From positions 7,060-71,059 of the forward strand of contig CAIYIS010000010.1 of assembly GCA_903926385.1 (NCBI GenBank): a DNA stretch of 64,000 nucleotides, given 5' to 3'. Made by a program: the position numbers and the translations under genes. Source of the stretch: an uncultured Bacteroidota bacterium. GTDB taxonomy: Bacteria > Bacteroidota > Bacteroidia > 2-12-FULL-35-15. Positions 10,288 through 21,602 of this stretch are shown here, piece after piece. The notes beneath the pieces are model-generated. The model was not told the DNA's origin. It ran no database searches and saw nothing but the letters and a program-made list of their open reading frames with translations. The stretch's first letter is position 1. Every line of letters begins with the position of its first letter.

Positions 10288-10307
10288 GTAATTTGAAATG
10301 ACTTTTC

Positions 10308-10335
10308 AAGAGGACGCTTGCGTCCTCTTTTTATT
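10308..10335 (+). terminator. Intrinsic terminator after the small membrane protein gene
   Basis: AAGAGGACGC (10308-10317) TT GCGTCCTCTT (10320-10329) followed by TTTATTT. It overlaps the TTG start the ORF track gives for the next gene, which argues for the later ATG. Confidence 0.75.
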
Positions 10336-10344
10336 TATATCCGC

Positions 10345-10641
10345 ATGATTCTATTTGTTCATTGGCTCGAAAACCATCTTCTCACTTGTCCTTACAAAGC
10401 AATGACCGGAATAGACTGTCCAGGTTGCGGAATGCAGCGAGCCGTAATTGAATTGTTAAAGGGAAATCTTTCAGAAAGCTTGTATTTGTATCCTGCACTT
10501 ATTCCCATTATTTTTACTTTAAGTTTTACTTGCTTACATTTGTATTTTAAATTTAAATACGGGGCAATGGTTGTGAAGTATGCTTTTATTATCTCTTCTC
10601 TAATCATCTTTGTTGCTTACATACTAAAATTACTGCGATGA
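10345..10641 (+). CDS. DUF2752 domain-containing membrane protein
   Basis: CPYKAMTGIDCPGCGMQRA is the DUF2752 signature. I moved the start from the track's TTG at 10318 to the ATG at 10345, because 10318 lies inside the upstream terminator hairpin. The stop overlaps the nnr start (ATGA). Confidence 0.75.
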   Translation: MILFVHWLENHLLTCPYKAMTGIDCPGCGMQRAVIELLKGNLSESLYLYPALIPIIFTLSFTCLHLYFKFKYGAMVVKYAFIISSLIIFVAYILKLLR

Positions 10642-12152
10642 AAATATTTTCGGTTGACCAGATTCGTGAAGCGGATAAATTCACAATAAAGAATGAACCC
10701 ATAACTTCCATTGCTTTGATGGAGAGAGCTGCTTTGGCATGTTACGAATGGATACAAAAAAGCACAAACTTAAGTTCTGAAGTTATTGTTTTCTGTGGAA
10801 ATGGAAACAATGGGGCTGATGGCTTGGCCATTGCTCGAATACTTAAGGAAGAAGGTCAAGTAGTGAAGGTGGTAGTACTAAATCATTCGGACAGGAGAAG
10901 TGATAATTTCAATATCAATTATGCACGAATAAAAGACCGAATCGAGATAGCAGAAATAAATACAATTGACGATCTCAAGCTTGTAAAATTTGATAATGAA
11001 AATACGAATGTTATTGTTGATGCAATTCTTGGTTCAGGCATTAATAAACCTACAGCAGGCTTGCTTGCAGATTGCATTAAATATATAAATAATTTACCTT
11101 GCGAAAAAATATCTATTGATCTCCCTTCAGGGTTGTTTTGTGATGGTCTTAATTCGAAAAATGATCCTATCTTAAATGCTGATTATACATTAAGTTTTCA
11201 GTTCCCGAAATTGTCTTTTATGTTTTCAGAGAATGAGAAGTTTGTTGGGAAGTTCACTATTCTAGATATTGAACTGAGCCAGGAATTTATTTCGAATACA
11301 AAAGCAAATTATTACTTATTAACTAAGGAAGATGTCCGAGCTATACTTAAAAAGCGAAACAGTCTTGCTCACAAAGGCAATTTCGGCCACGCTTTAATTG
11401 TATCCGGTAGTAAAGGTAAAATGGGAGCTGCTGTGCTTTCGTCCAAGGCTTGTATCCGAAGTGGAACAGGTTTGGTTACCGTCAGAGTTCCGGCTTGTGG
11501 TTACCAAATAATTCAAATAACCAACCCAGAAGCTATGGCGGATGTAGATTCATCTGCCGATTTTATTACGGACAATATCCAACTTGAAAATTATAACGCT
11601 ATTGGTGTTGGCCCCGGAATAGGTATGGATAAACAAACTCAAAATGTTTTGAAATTACTAATACAAAATTCTGTTGTGCCGATTGTCTTTGATGCGGATG
11701 CTATTAATATATTAGCTGAAAATAAAACATGGCTTTCATTCATACCTCCTGATTGTATTTTTACACCGCATATTAAAGAATTCGAACGTCTGGTAGGAAA
11801 GGTTTCCGGTTCTGATGAGAGACTCTTACAACAAATAGAGTTTTCAAGAAAATATAGGGCATACGTTGTTTTGAAAGGGGCTCATACTTCCATCTCATCT
11901 CCTTCTGGCGAGGTGTTTTTTAATTCAACGGGTAACCCAGGAATGGCAACTGGAGGAAGTGGTGATGTATTAACAGGAGTTATTACATCTCTGATAGCTC
12001 AAAAGTATTCTTCCCTTCAGGCTTGTTTGCAGGGAGTTTACTTGCATGGCCTTGCAGGAGATTTTGCATCCACAAAAAAAACACAGGAAACAATGGTTGC
12101 GTCAGATATTATAAGGGGCCTGAGCGATGCAATTAAATTTATTCGGGCCTGA
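10638..12152 (+). CDS. nnr: Bifunctional NAD(P)H-hydrate repair enzyme (epimerase/ADP-dependent dehydratase)
   Basis: YjeF_N part with FCGNGNNGADG. C-terminal carbohydrate-kinase part with HKGNFGHALIVSGSKGKMGAAVL and GGSGDVLTG. Confidence 0.9.
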   Translation: MKIFSVDQIREADKFTIKNEPITSIALMERAALACYEWIQKSTNLSSEVIVFCGNGNNGADGLAIARILKEEGQVVKVVVLNHSDRRSDNFNINYARIKDRIEIAEINTIDDLKLVKFDNENTNVIVDAILGSGINKPTAGLLADCIKYINNLPCEKISIDLPSGLFCDGLNSKNDPILNADYTLSFQFPKLSFMFSENEKFVGKFTILDIELSQEFISNTKANYYLLTKEDVRAILKKRNSLAHKGNFGHALIVSGSKGKMGAAVLSSKACIRSGTGLVTVRVPACGYQIIQITNPEAMADVDSSADFITDNIQLENYNAIGVGPGIGMDKQTQNVLKLLIQNSVVPIVFDADAINILAENKTWLSFIPPDCIFTPHIKEFERLVGKVSGSDERLLQQIEFSRKYRAYVVLKGAHTSISSPSGEVFFNSTGNPGMATGGSGDVLTGVITSLIAQKYSSLQACLQGVYLHGLAGDFASTKKTQETMVASDIIRGLSDAIKFIRA

Positions 12153-12163
12153 TTTTAATAAGA

Positions 12164-13219
12164 ATGCGCTTCCGTAATTTTTTGTTTTTTGTTTGTTTTC
12201 TTTTTTCATCAACTCTTTTTTCACAGGTAACTTCTAGTTATCCTGTTTATCTGATAGGCGATTCAGGTGAAGATACTGTTTCCGGAAAAGCCTTATTGAT
12301 GTTGCAAGATGAATTGATAGCCCATCCAAATAGTGCTGTTGTTTTTTTAGGCGATAATGTGTACCCTTCGGGATTGAGTGCGGATGCAGTTTCTGCTTCA
12401 CATTTGAAATCACAATTAAATATATTAAACAACTACAAAGGTCAGGTTTATTTTATTCCCGGTAATCATGATTGGGATGCACAGGCTGCCGGAGGCTTAA
12501 AGAAAATTAATTATCAGGAAAAATACATTAACCAATATTTGCACAACCATTCTGAGTTGGCAAATAGGGACGCAGCGGTGTTTCTTCCTTCTGGAGGATT
12601 ACCTGGCCCTGCTTCGGTGATGCTTAATGATAAGTTACGTCTTATCATTATCGACACACAATGGTTCTTGCATCGTTACAAAAAGAATAAAATGGGGACA
12701 GTAAAAAACACTAAGAAAATATTTTTCGCTCGGTTAGATAGTTTGCTTAAAGTTGCACAAACTAACAACGAACAGGTTGTTATTGCTGGCCATCACCCAG
12801 TGTTTACCAATGGGCAACATTCTAAAAGTCGGCAGCCTGTTCGGTTTTTGATCAACAATACACCATTTTGTGTGTTTGGTTTTGCTGGTCTGTTTAGGTT
12901 GTATTCTCAAGATTTGGCTCAGCCGAATTATAAAAAGATGCGAAACAAAATGATCACAATATTTAATCATTACAACAACATCGTATATGCATCCGGTCAC
13001 GACCACAATATACAATGCTTGATACGCGGCAGGAACAGGTATGTGGTGAGTGGAAGTGGAAGTAAGTTGTCGAAACTACGAAGCAATAAAAAATTTGATT
13101 CCCTCTTTCAGGACGATAAATCTACAGGTTTTGTTAAAGTTGTTTTTGACTCGGAAGGAACACACCTCACCATTGTTTACAGGGTAGGGCAGGAACCAAA
13201 AACTATTGAAGGTTTTTAA
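12164..13219 (+). CDS. Secreted metallophosphoesterase (calcineurin-like)
   Basis: Signal peptide plus the ordered metallophosphoesterase motifs GDSGE, GDNVY, GNHDW, GHHP and GHDH. Confidence 0.85.
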   Translation: MRFRNFLFFVCFLFSSTLFSQVTSSYPVYLIGDSGEDTVSGKALLMLQDELIAHPNSAVVFLGDNVYPSGLSADAVSASHLKSQLNILNNYKGQVYFIPGNHDWDAQAAGGLKKINYQEKYINQYLHNHSELANRDAAVFLPSGGLPGPASVMLNDKLRLIIIDTQWFLHRYKKNKMGTVKNTKKIFFARLDSLLKVAQTNNEQVVIAGHHPVFTNGQHSKSRQPVRFLINNTPFCVFGFAGLFRLYSQDLAQPNYKKMRNKMITIFNHYNNIVYASGHDHNIQCLIRGRNRYVVSGSGSKLSKLRSNKKFDSLFQDDKSTGFVKVVFDSEGTHLTIVYRVGQEPKTIEGF

Positions 13220-13232
13220 ATTATATTAGAAA

Positions 13233-14345
13233 TTATTTCACTTCCGATTTGCAATATTTCTGCAATAACTCGTATGCCTTTGGATGGTTTAGTACATCGG
13301 CTTTTCGCAAATCTGCGCATCCGCCTTTTCTATCTTTATTCATGTATTTCACCATAGCTCTATTGATGTATGCGGGGGAGTAGTCTCCTTTTATTTTAAT
13401 CGACAAATCCAAATCTTCCAACGCTCCATTATAATTTTTTAATTGCCCTTTAGCTAGACCTCGATTGGCAAGTGCAATAAAATTTTTAGGTTCTAACTTT
13501 ATGATGTCATCAAAATCCCGGATTGCATTCGAGTAATCATCATAATTTAACCGTGCCGCACCACGCATTATCAGAGCTTCCACACTATTCGAATCTATTT
13601 GCAAAAATCTACTCAGTTCGGCATTGGCCGATTTGTAATCAGTTCCCAAATAATATGCTTTTCCTTTCCAGAAATAAGCAATATAATAGGAAGAATCCAG
13701 CTCCGTTACTTTATTAAAGTCTCCAACAGCCAAAATATAATCTTGTTTCACGTTAGCATATAACATCCCTCTTCTGAAAAGCACATCCGGATAATTGGGT
13801 TTTAAATCCAATGCGGCTTCATAATCTTCGAAGCAAGGTTGTTTGTCTTTTCCTCTCTCAGCAAGCTTCCCTCGGTTGTAAAGAGTTACTGGGTCGTTAG
13901 GGTTTAAACTTAAGGCGATATTAAAATCTTTTTTTGCTTCATCAAATTTTGATAACTCAACCTCTGCAATTCCTCGGTCTCTGAATGCATCATCATGGGT
14001 TGAGTCTATGATTATAGCTTTCGTATAATTGGTTATGGCTTCCTGATAATCCTTTGTTTTGAATTGTACTTTGGCTATATAATAATAAGGAGCAAACATC
14101 TCCTTATCTTTTTTGATAAGCTTTTTGTATTCTTTTATCGCGTCTGCATATAGTCGATTAGCCCCTTTACTATCCTTTCTTTTTTCATGAGCCATGGCGC
14201 TATCCACTTTCACATTGCCGGCTTTAATAACAATGGTATTTGCATCTAGGGTGTCCACTTTTGCTTTGTCTTCATCTTGAGCAATGGCGGACATGCACCA
14301 TAAACCTAGCACTAACAATATAATTATGCGTAAGTGATATTTCAT
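13233..14345 (-). CDS. Secreted tetratricopeptide (TPR) repeat protein
   Basis: Signal peptide followed by about 8 repeats of the 34-aa TPR pattern (e.g. AITNYTKAIIIDSTHDDAFRDRGIA, ALSLNPNDPVTLYNRG). Confidence 0.8.
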   Translation of the reverse strand: MKYHLRIIILLVLGLWCMSAIAQDEDKAKVDTLDANTIVIKAGNVKVDSAMAHEKRKDSKGANRLYADAIKEYKKLIKKDKEMFAPYYYIAKVQFKTKDYQEAITNYTKAIIIDSTHDDAFRDRGIAEVELSKFDEAKKDFNIALSLNPNDPVTLYNRGKLAERGKDKQPCFEDYEAALDLKPNYPDVLFRRGMLYANVKQDYILAVGDFNKVTELDSSYYIAYFWKGKAYYLGTDYKSANAELSRFLQIDSNSVEALIMRGAARLNYDDYSNAIRDFDDIIKLEPKNFIALANRGLAKGQLKNYNGALEDLDLSIKIKGDYSPAYINRAMVKYMNKDRKGGCADLRKADVLNHPKAYELLQKYCKSEVK

Positions 14346-14346
14346 A

Positions 14347-15642
14347 TTACGGTTTTAGTTTGATAACCCAAAAATCGTAATTGCCTTTATTTTCGGCACA
14401 GTCACCATCTGAGGATTCGCTGAAAGCAGAAATAATGTAACCTCCGTCATTAGTTTGATGCACTGTTTTCGATTGTTCGTTTTTTGTTCCTCCTAAACTT
14501 TTTTGCCATTGCAGATTGCCTTTATTATCCAATTTCACAATCCATACATCGGTTCCTCCATGATTACCTGTAACATCTCCATCCACAGAATTACTGCTGC
14601 CTGAAAAAATATAACCACCGTCTTTAGTTTGTTCGACAAAATAAGCTACATCATTATTTTTCCCTCCGTAACATTTTTGCCAATCTATCTTTCCAGCACT
14701 ATCCGTTTTAATAATCCACGCATCAGAACCACCATGATTACCCTGCACATCCCCGTTAGTCGATTCGGTGGCACCTGCAATAATAAAACCTTTGTCTTTG
14801 GTCAGTCTAATACTGTAGGCATAATCTAAACCACTGCCTCCAATACTTTTTCGCCATTCTTTAATGCCACCGGTATCCACTTTCACCAACCAGCAATCGG
14901 TGGAACCGTGATTATTTGTTACATTAAAATTATTTGAACTCGAATATCCGGCAGCTATATAACCTCTGTCAGCAGCTTCAACGACACCTGACGCATTATC
15001 CATTCCGCTTCCTCCCAAACTGTTTTGCCATACTATTCCTCCTTGTTTATTCAACTTCATTAACCAGAAATCGGTTCCTCCTAAACTTCGTCTAATAATA
15101 TTATTTCCGTTCAGGCCTCCCCAGCCTGCTACTATATATCCTCCATCGGTGGTTTGTTGAATTGATTTTGCTACATCATCAGATTTTCCTCCATACACGC
15201 GCGACCATTGCATATTGTCGTACACATTCAACTTGGTTATCCAGTAATCGTCATTGCCATGTTCGCCTGTATAATTGCCGCCTTTCAGCATTGTGCTTCC
15301 TGCAAGCACTATGCAGCGGTCTTTTGTTTCCACCATATCATTGGCCTGATGAGCCGTTTCGCCTCCCACACATTTTTTCCAATCTAGGGTGCCGGTGTTT
15401 TTCAGTTTGATCAACCAGCAATTAAGTTTTACTTTGTTATCTGTTACGTCTCCATCCACCGACTCTGTGCTGCCAGTAACCAAATATCCTCCATCCAGCG
15501 TTTGTATGGCAGCCATCGCCTTGTCGGCAGCCGAACCTCCAAAACTTTTTTGCCACTCTATTTCCGGCCCTTGAGCCATAGCCGACCAAACACCATCCAA
15601 GCCGAAGAATAGTATCAGATATTTAATTAAAGTTATTTTCAT
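14347..15642 (-). CDS. Secreted beta-propeller-like repeat protein (SBBP-like ~58-aa repeats)
   Basis: Signal peptide, then about 7 repeats of GGxxxDxAxSxxQTxDGGYIxxGxxxSxDGDVTGNHGGxDxWxxKLDxxGxxxWQKSxGG. I see no recognisable T9SS C-terminal domain. Confidence 0.55.
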   Translation of the reverse strand: MKITLIKYLILFFGLDGVWSAMAQGPEIEWQKSFGGSAADKAMAAIQTLDGGYLVTGSTESVDGDVTDNKVKLNCWLIKLKNTGTLDWKKCVGGETAHQANDMVETKDRCIVLAGSTMLKGGNYTGEHGNDDYWITKLNVYDNMQWSRVYGGKSDDVAKSIQQTTDGGYIVAGWGGLNGNNIIRRSLGGTDFWLMKLNKQGGIVWQNSLGGSGMDNASGVVEAADRGYIAAGYSSSNNFNVTNNHGSTDCWLVKVDTGGIKEWRKSIGGSGLDYAYSIRLTKDKGFIIAGATESTNGDVQGNHGGSDAWIIKTDSAGKIDWQKCYGGKNNDVAYFVEQTKDGGYIFSGSSNSVDGDVTGNHGGTDVWIVKLDNKGNLQWQKSLGGTKNEQSKTVHQTNDGGYIISAFSESSDGDCAENKGNYDFWVIKLKP

Positions 15643-16288
15643 TTTCTTCTTGCTTCAAAAATTAAACCAAAGGTAGTCATTAACTATTTAAATCTATCAA
15701 GGCCTTTTAATTTTCAGTATTTAAATTAATAATTACATTTTTGTTTTCGGTTTATGATTTATTATTCTAGGAAGAAATTAAACTTGCAATTGTATACTCG
15801 GGGCCTACTTAATTTCGCCTCTTTTCGTACTGTGGCTTTTCCCGCTTTTGAGTCCATTTTTACTTTCAAAGGCAATTCTGTAAATTGTCACAAAAGTGAT
15901 ATGTGTTGTAAACGAATTAAATACCGTTTAGGGTATATTATTTTTTCTAACTTACTCACCTTTTCTCCATTTCAAGTTTTCTGCTTTTCTTTTAAAGAAA
16001 TCTCGAAATGCCGATTTCGGGTCTTTTCGGCTTCAAAAAACATCCTTCTTTTGCAGAAAAAATTAAAGATTGGAAACAATGAATAAAAAACTACCCATAG
16101 ATATGAATTTATCATTTTCCTGACAAAATTACCGTTGCAAAAATTTAAGTCCGTAAATAACTACTTTCACTTTAGTTGCAGCCTATTAGGAGGAGGAAAA
16201 AGTGACAAACATAACTTGTTATTAAAAAAAAATAAAAGGGGAAATAGAACGGACAATTAAATTATCTTTGCGTTTCTAAAAAAAGTAA

Positions 16289-17932
<1,644 letters not shown>

Positions 17933-18010
17933 CTAAAAACTTAGCGCATTCTTTTTTCGAAAAGATTTAAAGCAAACAAAAAGTAAGCATGGCAAATAAA
18001 AAACCGGCTG

Positions 18011-19624
18011 ATGAACAGTAATAATTTAAGAGCATTAACAATAGTGGCCAGTGTTGCGCTGGCCGGACTGGTGGCGATACAAGCCTACTGGGTGAACAAT
18101 GCTATAAACATAGGCAAAGAGCGGTTTGACGAAAATGTGGTAACCTCATTGAATAATGTGGTGGCGCTGATGGAAAAAAAATTGACCGCTGCCAACATGA
18201 GCAAGAAAATAAATTTCCGAAAACAGGGTATACGCTGGTACACTCCTCAGGATTCGGTGAAACAAAATTCGAAACTGGTAAGGAGAAACATGTCGGACAA
18301 GCGCGGATTTTCTTTACAAAAAGACCGTGTGAATGTTAAAATTTATGAGGAGTACTCGGCCGACAGCAGTGGTTTTATGGTTACCAAAACGAGACTAAAA
18401 AGTTATTCCAGCGATTCCATTTCACGAAATCTGGATTCAAGAATAGATAATGATGGCCCTCTTTATATACCAAAACTAGATTCCGGGGAGTTTCGCAATA
18501 AATGGTTTGCTCATAAAAAAGAAATGGTAAACGATATTTTTGATGAGCTGGTGAGTGTTAATATATACAACGATAATAACCGTAAGGTGGATACATTACT
18601 CTTGGATTCGCTGTTGGATATTCAGCTCAAGGAAAAAGGAATTTCTGCAAAGTTTATATACGGAATAACAGCATCTAAAACCATTCCTATTGATTCGGCC
18701 AAGTTAACAGAGACGGACAGATTGTTATACGGTTCCAAGTATAAAATAAACCTTTCTCCGGAAAATGTTTTTATAAAACCACAATACCTTTCGGTTTATT
18801 TTCCAAATCAAAATAAGTATATCATCAGTTCGATGTGGTTCATTCTGCTGGTGTCGGTAGGGTTTATGGTGATACTCATTTTTTCCTTTTATTACACCAT
18901 TGCAACTATTTTAAGGCAGAAAAAACTATCGGAAATAAAGAACGACTTTATCAGCAACATGACCCATGAATTCAAAACACCAATCTCCACCATCTCTCTG
19001 GCATGCGAAGTGTTGGCGGATGCTTCTGTAGAAAAGTCGCAGGAAAGAACGAACAAATACATGAAGATGATAAAGGACGAAAACAAGCGATTGAGTTTGC
19101 TTGTAGAAAACATCCTTCAAACAGCCATACTGGACAAAGGAGAATTTAAGCTAAAAGTGCAAAGCACCGATATTCACAACTTAATTGACCAAACTATTTC
19201 GAACATAAAACTTCAAGTGGAAAACAAACAAGGCGAAATAACCACCGATTTAAAAGCAGAGAATCATATTATCAATGCCGACAAAGTACATATCACTAAT
19301 ATCGTTTTTAATTTGATTGATAATGCACTTAAATATTCTAAAGAAAAGCCGTTGATAAGCATCACCACACGGTCGCATAAAGAGGGAATTATCATTTCCG
19401 TTAAAGATAACGGAATTGGGATAAGTAAAGAAAATCAACATCGCATATTCGACACCATGTACCGGGTACATACCGGAAATGTTCATAACGTTAAAGGTTT
19501 CGGGCTGGGATTGAGCTATGTAAAAGCAGTAGTAGAAAAACACGGTGGTTCAATAAAAGTGGAAAGTGAACTGAATAAAGGAAGTACTTTCATCGTATAT
19601 TTGCCAACAAATCCGACAGAGTAA
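18011..19624 (+). CDS. Sensor histidine kinase
   Basis: Two TM segments bracket a ~240-aa periplasmic region. H-box SNMTHEFKTPIS. HATPase motifs NLIDNALKY, DNGIGI and GFGLGLSYV. Confidence 0.85.
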   Translation: MNSNNLRALTIVASVALAGLVAIQAYWVNNAINIGKERFDENVVTSLNNVVALMEKKLTAANMSKKINFRKQGIRWYTPQDSVKQNSKLVRRNMSDKRGFSLQKDRVNVKIYEEYSADSSGFMVTKTRLKSYSSDSISRNLDSRIDNDGPLYIPKLDSGEFRNKWFAHKKEMVNDIFDELVSVNIYNDNNRKVDTLLLDSLLDIQLKEKGISAKFIYGITASKTIPIDSAKLTETDRLLYGSKYKINLSPENVFIKPQYLSVYFPNQNKYIISSMWFILLVSVGFMVILIFSFYYTIATILRQKKLSEIKNDFISNMTHEFKTPISTISLACEVLADASVEKSQERTNKYMKMIKDENKRLSLLVENILQTAILDKGEFKLKVQSTDIHNLIDQTISNIKLQVENKQGEITTDLKAENHIINADKVHITNIVFNLIDNALKYSKEKPLISITTRSHKEGIIISVKDNGIGISKENQHRIFDTMYRVHTGNVHNVKGFGLGLSYVKAVVEKHGGSIKVESELNKGSTFIVYLPTNPTE

Positions 19625-19651
19625 TTAAATTTAAAATAATAAAGTAAACCT

Positions 19652-20347
19652 ATGGAAAAAGTAAGAATTTTGTTAGCAGAAGACGACACTAATCTTGGAA
19701 GTCTGTTAAAAGAATATCTGGATGCAAAAGGCTATTCAACCACCTGGGCAAAGGATGGGATGGAAGCGTATGATGTTTTTGCAAAAGGGAAATTTGCTAT
19801 TTGTCTTCTCGATGTGATGATGCCTTTGAAAGACGGATATACGTTGGCAAAAGATATCAGAGTGATTGAAAACGATATTCCTATTGTTTTTCTCACCGCC
19901 AAGTCGATGAAAGAAGATGCTATTGATGGATTCAATGCTGGAGCTGACGACTACATCACAAAACCTTTCAGCATGGAGGAATTATTGCTTAGAATAAAAG
20001 CAATACTTCGCAGAACTGATAATAAAATGGTGAAGAATACCGAGCAGAAAGAATTTGAAATAGGCAAGTTTAAATTCGACTACCCTCGTCAAACTTTGGA
20101 GATAAAAGGCGTTCAGCAAAAACTAACCACTAAAGAAGCCGAATTATTGAAATTACTTTGCCTGAACAGAGAAACTTTTCTGGACAGAAATTTTGCTTTA
20201 AAAACAATTTGGAGTGACGACAATTATTTCAACGGACGTAGTATGGACGTATACATTGCCAAGCTGCGCAAATACCTTAAAGCTGACGATTCGATTGAGC
20301 TAATCAATATTCATGGAAAAGGATTCAAGATATTGAATAAAAAATAA
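19652..20347 (+). CDS. OmpR/PhoB-type response regulator
   Basis: Receiver (LLAEDD...LLDVMMPLKDG...TAKS) plus a winged-helix Trans_reg_C output (LTTKEAELLKLL...VYIAKLRKYL). Adjacent to the kinase. Confidence 0.9.
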   Translation: MEKVRILLAEDDTNLGSLLKEYLDAKGYSTTWAKDGMEAYDVFAKGKFAICLLDVMMPLKDGYTLAKDIRVIENDIPIVFLTAKSMKEDAIDGFNAGADDYITKPFSMEELLLRIKAILRRTDNKMVKNTEQKEFEIGKFKFDYPRQTLEIKGVQQKLTTKEAELLKLLCLNRETFLDRNFALKTIWSDDNYFNGRSMDVYIAKLRKYLKADDSIELINIHGKGFKILNKK

Positions 20348-20358
20348 AAAGTTACACA

Positions 20359-20430
20359 GGCATCGTAGTTCAATGGATAGAATAGAAGTTTCCTAAACTT
20401 TAGATACAGGTTCGATTCCTGTCGAAGCCA
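20359..20430 (+). tRNA. tRNA-Arg (anticodon CCT)
   Basis: Hand-folded cloverleaf: acceptor GGCATCG/CGAAGCC (one A-A mismatch at 4:69), D-arm GTTC-AATGGATA-GAAT, anticodon arm GAAGT-TTCCTAA-ACTTT, 4-nt variable loop, T-arm ACAGG-TTCGATT-CCTGT, discriminator A. CCA is not encoded. Confidence 0.8.
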
Positions 20431-20483
20431 CTAAAAAATAATATTTAAAGACTGATAGTGATTAATTCAGCAAAACATTAAGA

Positions 20484-21188
20484 ATGGAAACACATCTTCA
20501 TCACCATAAAGAGCAACATCTCACCAGTTCGGAAACCCTAATGGATATCGTTATCGGTATGTCGGATGGATTAACTGTACCATTCGCATTGGCAGCAGGA
20601 CTAAGCGGTGCGGTAAAAGATGTTCACCTTATCGTGATAGCCGGAATAGCCGAAATAGCTGCCGGCTCTATCGCTATGGGATTGGGAGGTTACTTGGCCG
20701 GAAAAACGGAGCAAGACCACTATAACAGCGAACTTAAAAGAGAATATCAGGAAATAAAAGATTTGCCTCATGTAGAAAAACAAGAAGTAAAAGATTTTTT
20801 TGCAGAACTTGGTCTGAGTGAAGAAGTGCAAGAAAAAGCTACACGCGAGATAATAAAAGATGACGACCGCTGGGTTACTTTTATGATGAAGCACGAACTG
20901 GGATTGGACAAACCCGATCCGAAACGCGCAGGTAAGTCGGCATTCAACATTGGAGCCTCTTATATAGTTGGAGGCTTTGTACCTTTGCTTCCATACTTTT
21001 TTGTTGATGATGGAATAACAGGGTTGAAGTATTCGGCATTATTTGCCATCATCAGTTTACTTATTTTCGGATATTTTAAATCCAAAATGACCGGAATGAA
21101 TCCGATAACAGGAGCCTTAAAAGTTGCTGTAATAGGGGCATTGGCTGCAGGATGTGCATTCGCCATTGCAAGACTAATTCAGGCATAA
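20484..21188 (+). CDS. VIT1/CCC1-family iron/manganese transporter
   Basis: MDIVIGMSDGLTVPFALAAGLSGA, a central acidic cytoplasmic helix region and three C-terminal TM segments, which is the typical VIT-family layout. Confidence 0.8.
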   Translation: METHLHHHKEQHLTSSETLMDIVIGMSDGLTVPFALAAGLSGAVKDVHLIVIAGIAEIAAGSIAMGLGGYLAGKTEQDHYNSELKREYQEIKDLPHVEKQEVKDFFAELGLSEEVQEKATREIIKDDDRWVTFMMKHELGLDKPDPKRAGKSAFNIGASYIVGGFVPLLPYFFVDDGITGLKYSALFAIISLLIFGYFKSKMTGMNPITGALKVAVIGALAAGCAFAIARLIQA

Positions 21189-21206
21189 AATAAATTACAA
21201 TCAAAC

Positions 21207-21548
21207 ATGAGCGATACGGTAAAACAATTTGATGAGTATAGGGCCAGAATGAATGAAAAAATTCTGGGACAAGATAACCTTGTGCTGAAACGATTGTTTA
21301 GCCTTGACACCGCTACTTATGCCGAAGGGGCACTTTCCTCTTCTACAAAAGAAATGCTGGGACTGGTAGCTTCTATGGTACTTCGCTGCGATGATTGTGT
21401 AAAATATCATCTAAAGAAATGTTTTGAACTTGGTGTTACCACACCGGAGATGTTCGAGATTTTTGCTGTTGCTAATATTGTTGGCGGAACTATTGTTATT
21501 CCTCATACACGAAGGGCCGTAGAATTTTGGGAGGAACTACATCACTAA
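21207..21548 (+). CDS. Carboxymuconolactone decarboxylase (AhpD-like) family protein
   Basis: 113 aa, with LSSSTKEMLGLVASMVLRCDDCVKYHLKK (CxxC-containing AhpD/CMD core). Confidence 0.7.
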   Translation: MSDTVKQFDEYRARMNEKILGQDNLVLKRLFSLDTATYAEGALSSSTKEMLGLVASMVLRCDDCVKYHLKKCFELGVTTPEMFEIFAVANIVGGTIVIPHTRRAVEFWEELHH

Positions 21549-21602
21549 TTTATTAATAACAAAATTCATCTCCTTCATTCTCGGAATAAGAATTGAAGTT
21601 AG

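Noticed and set aside
15754-16086. 110-aa ORF in the long gap upstream of the ABC-F gene
   Set aside because: Its composition (F/C/K/L-rich, no motifs) looks non-coding. I kept the region only as a low-interest gap observation.
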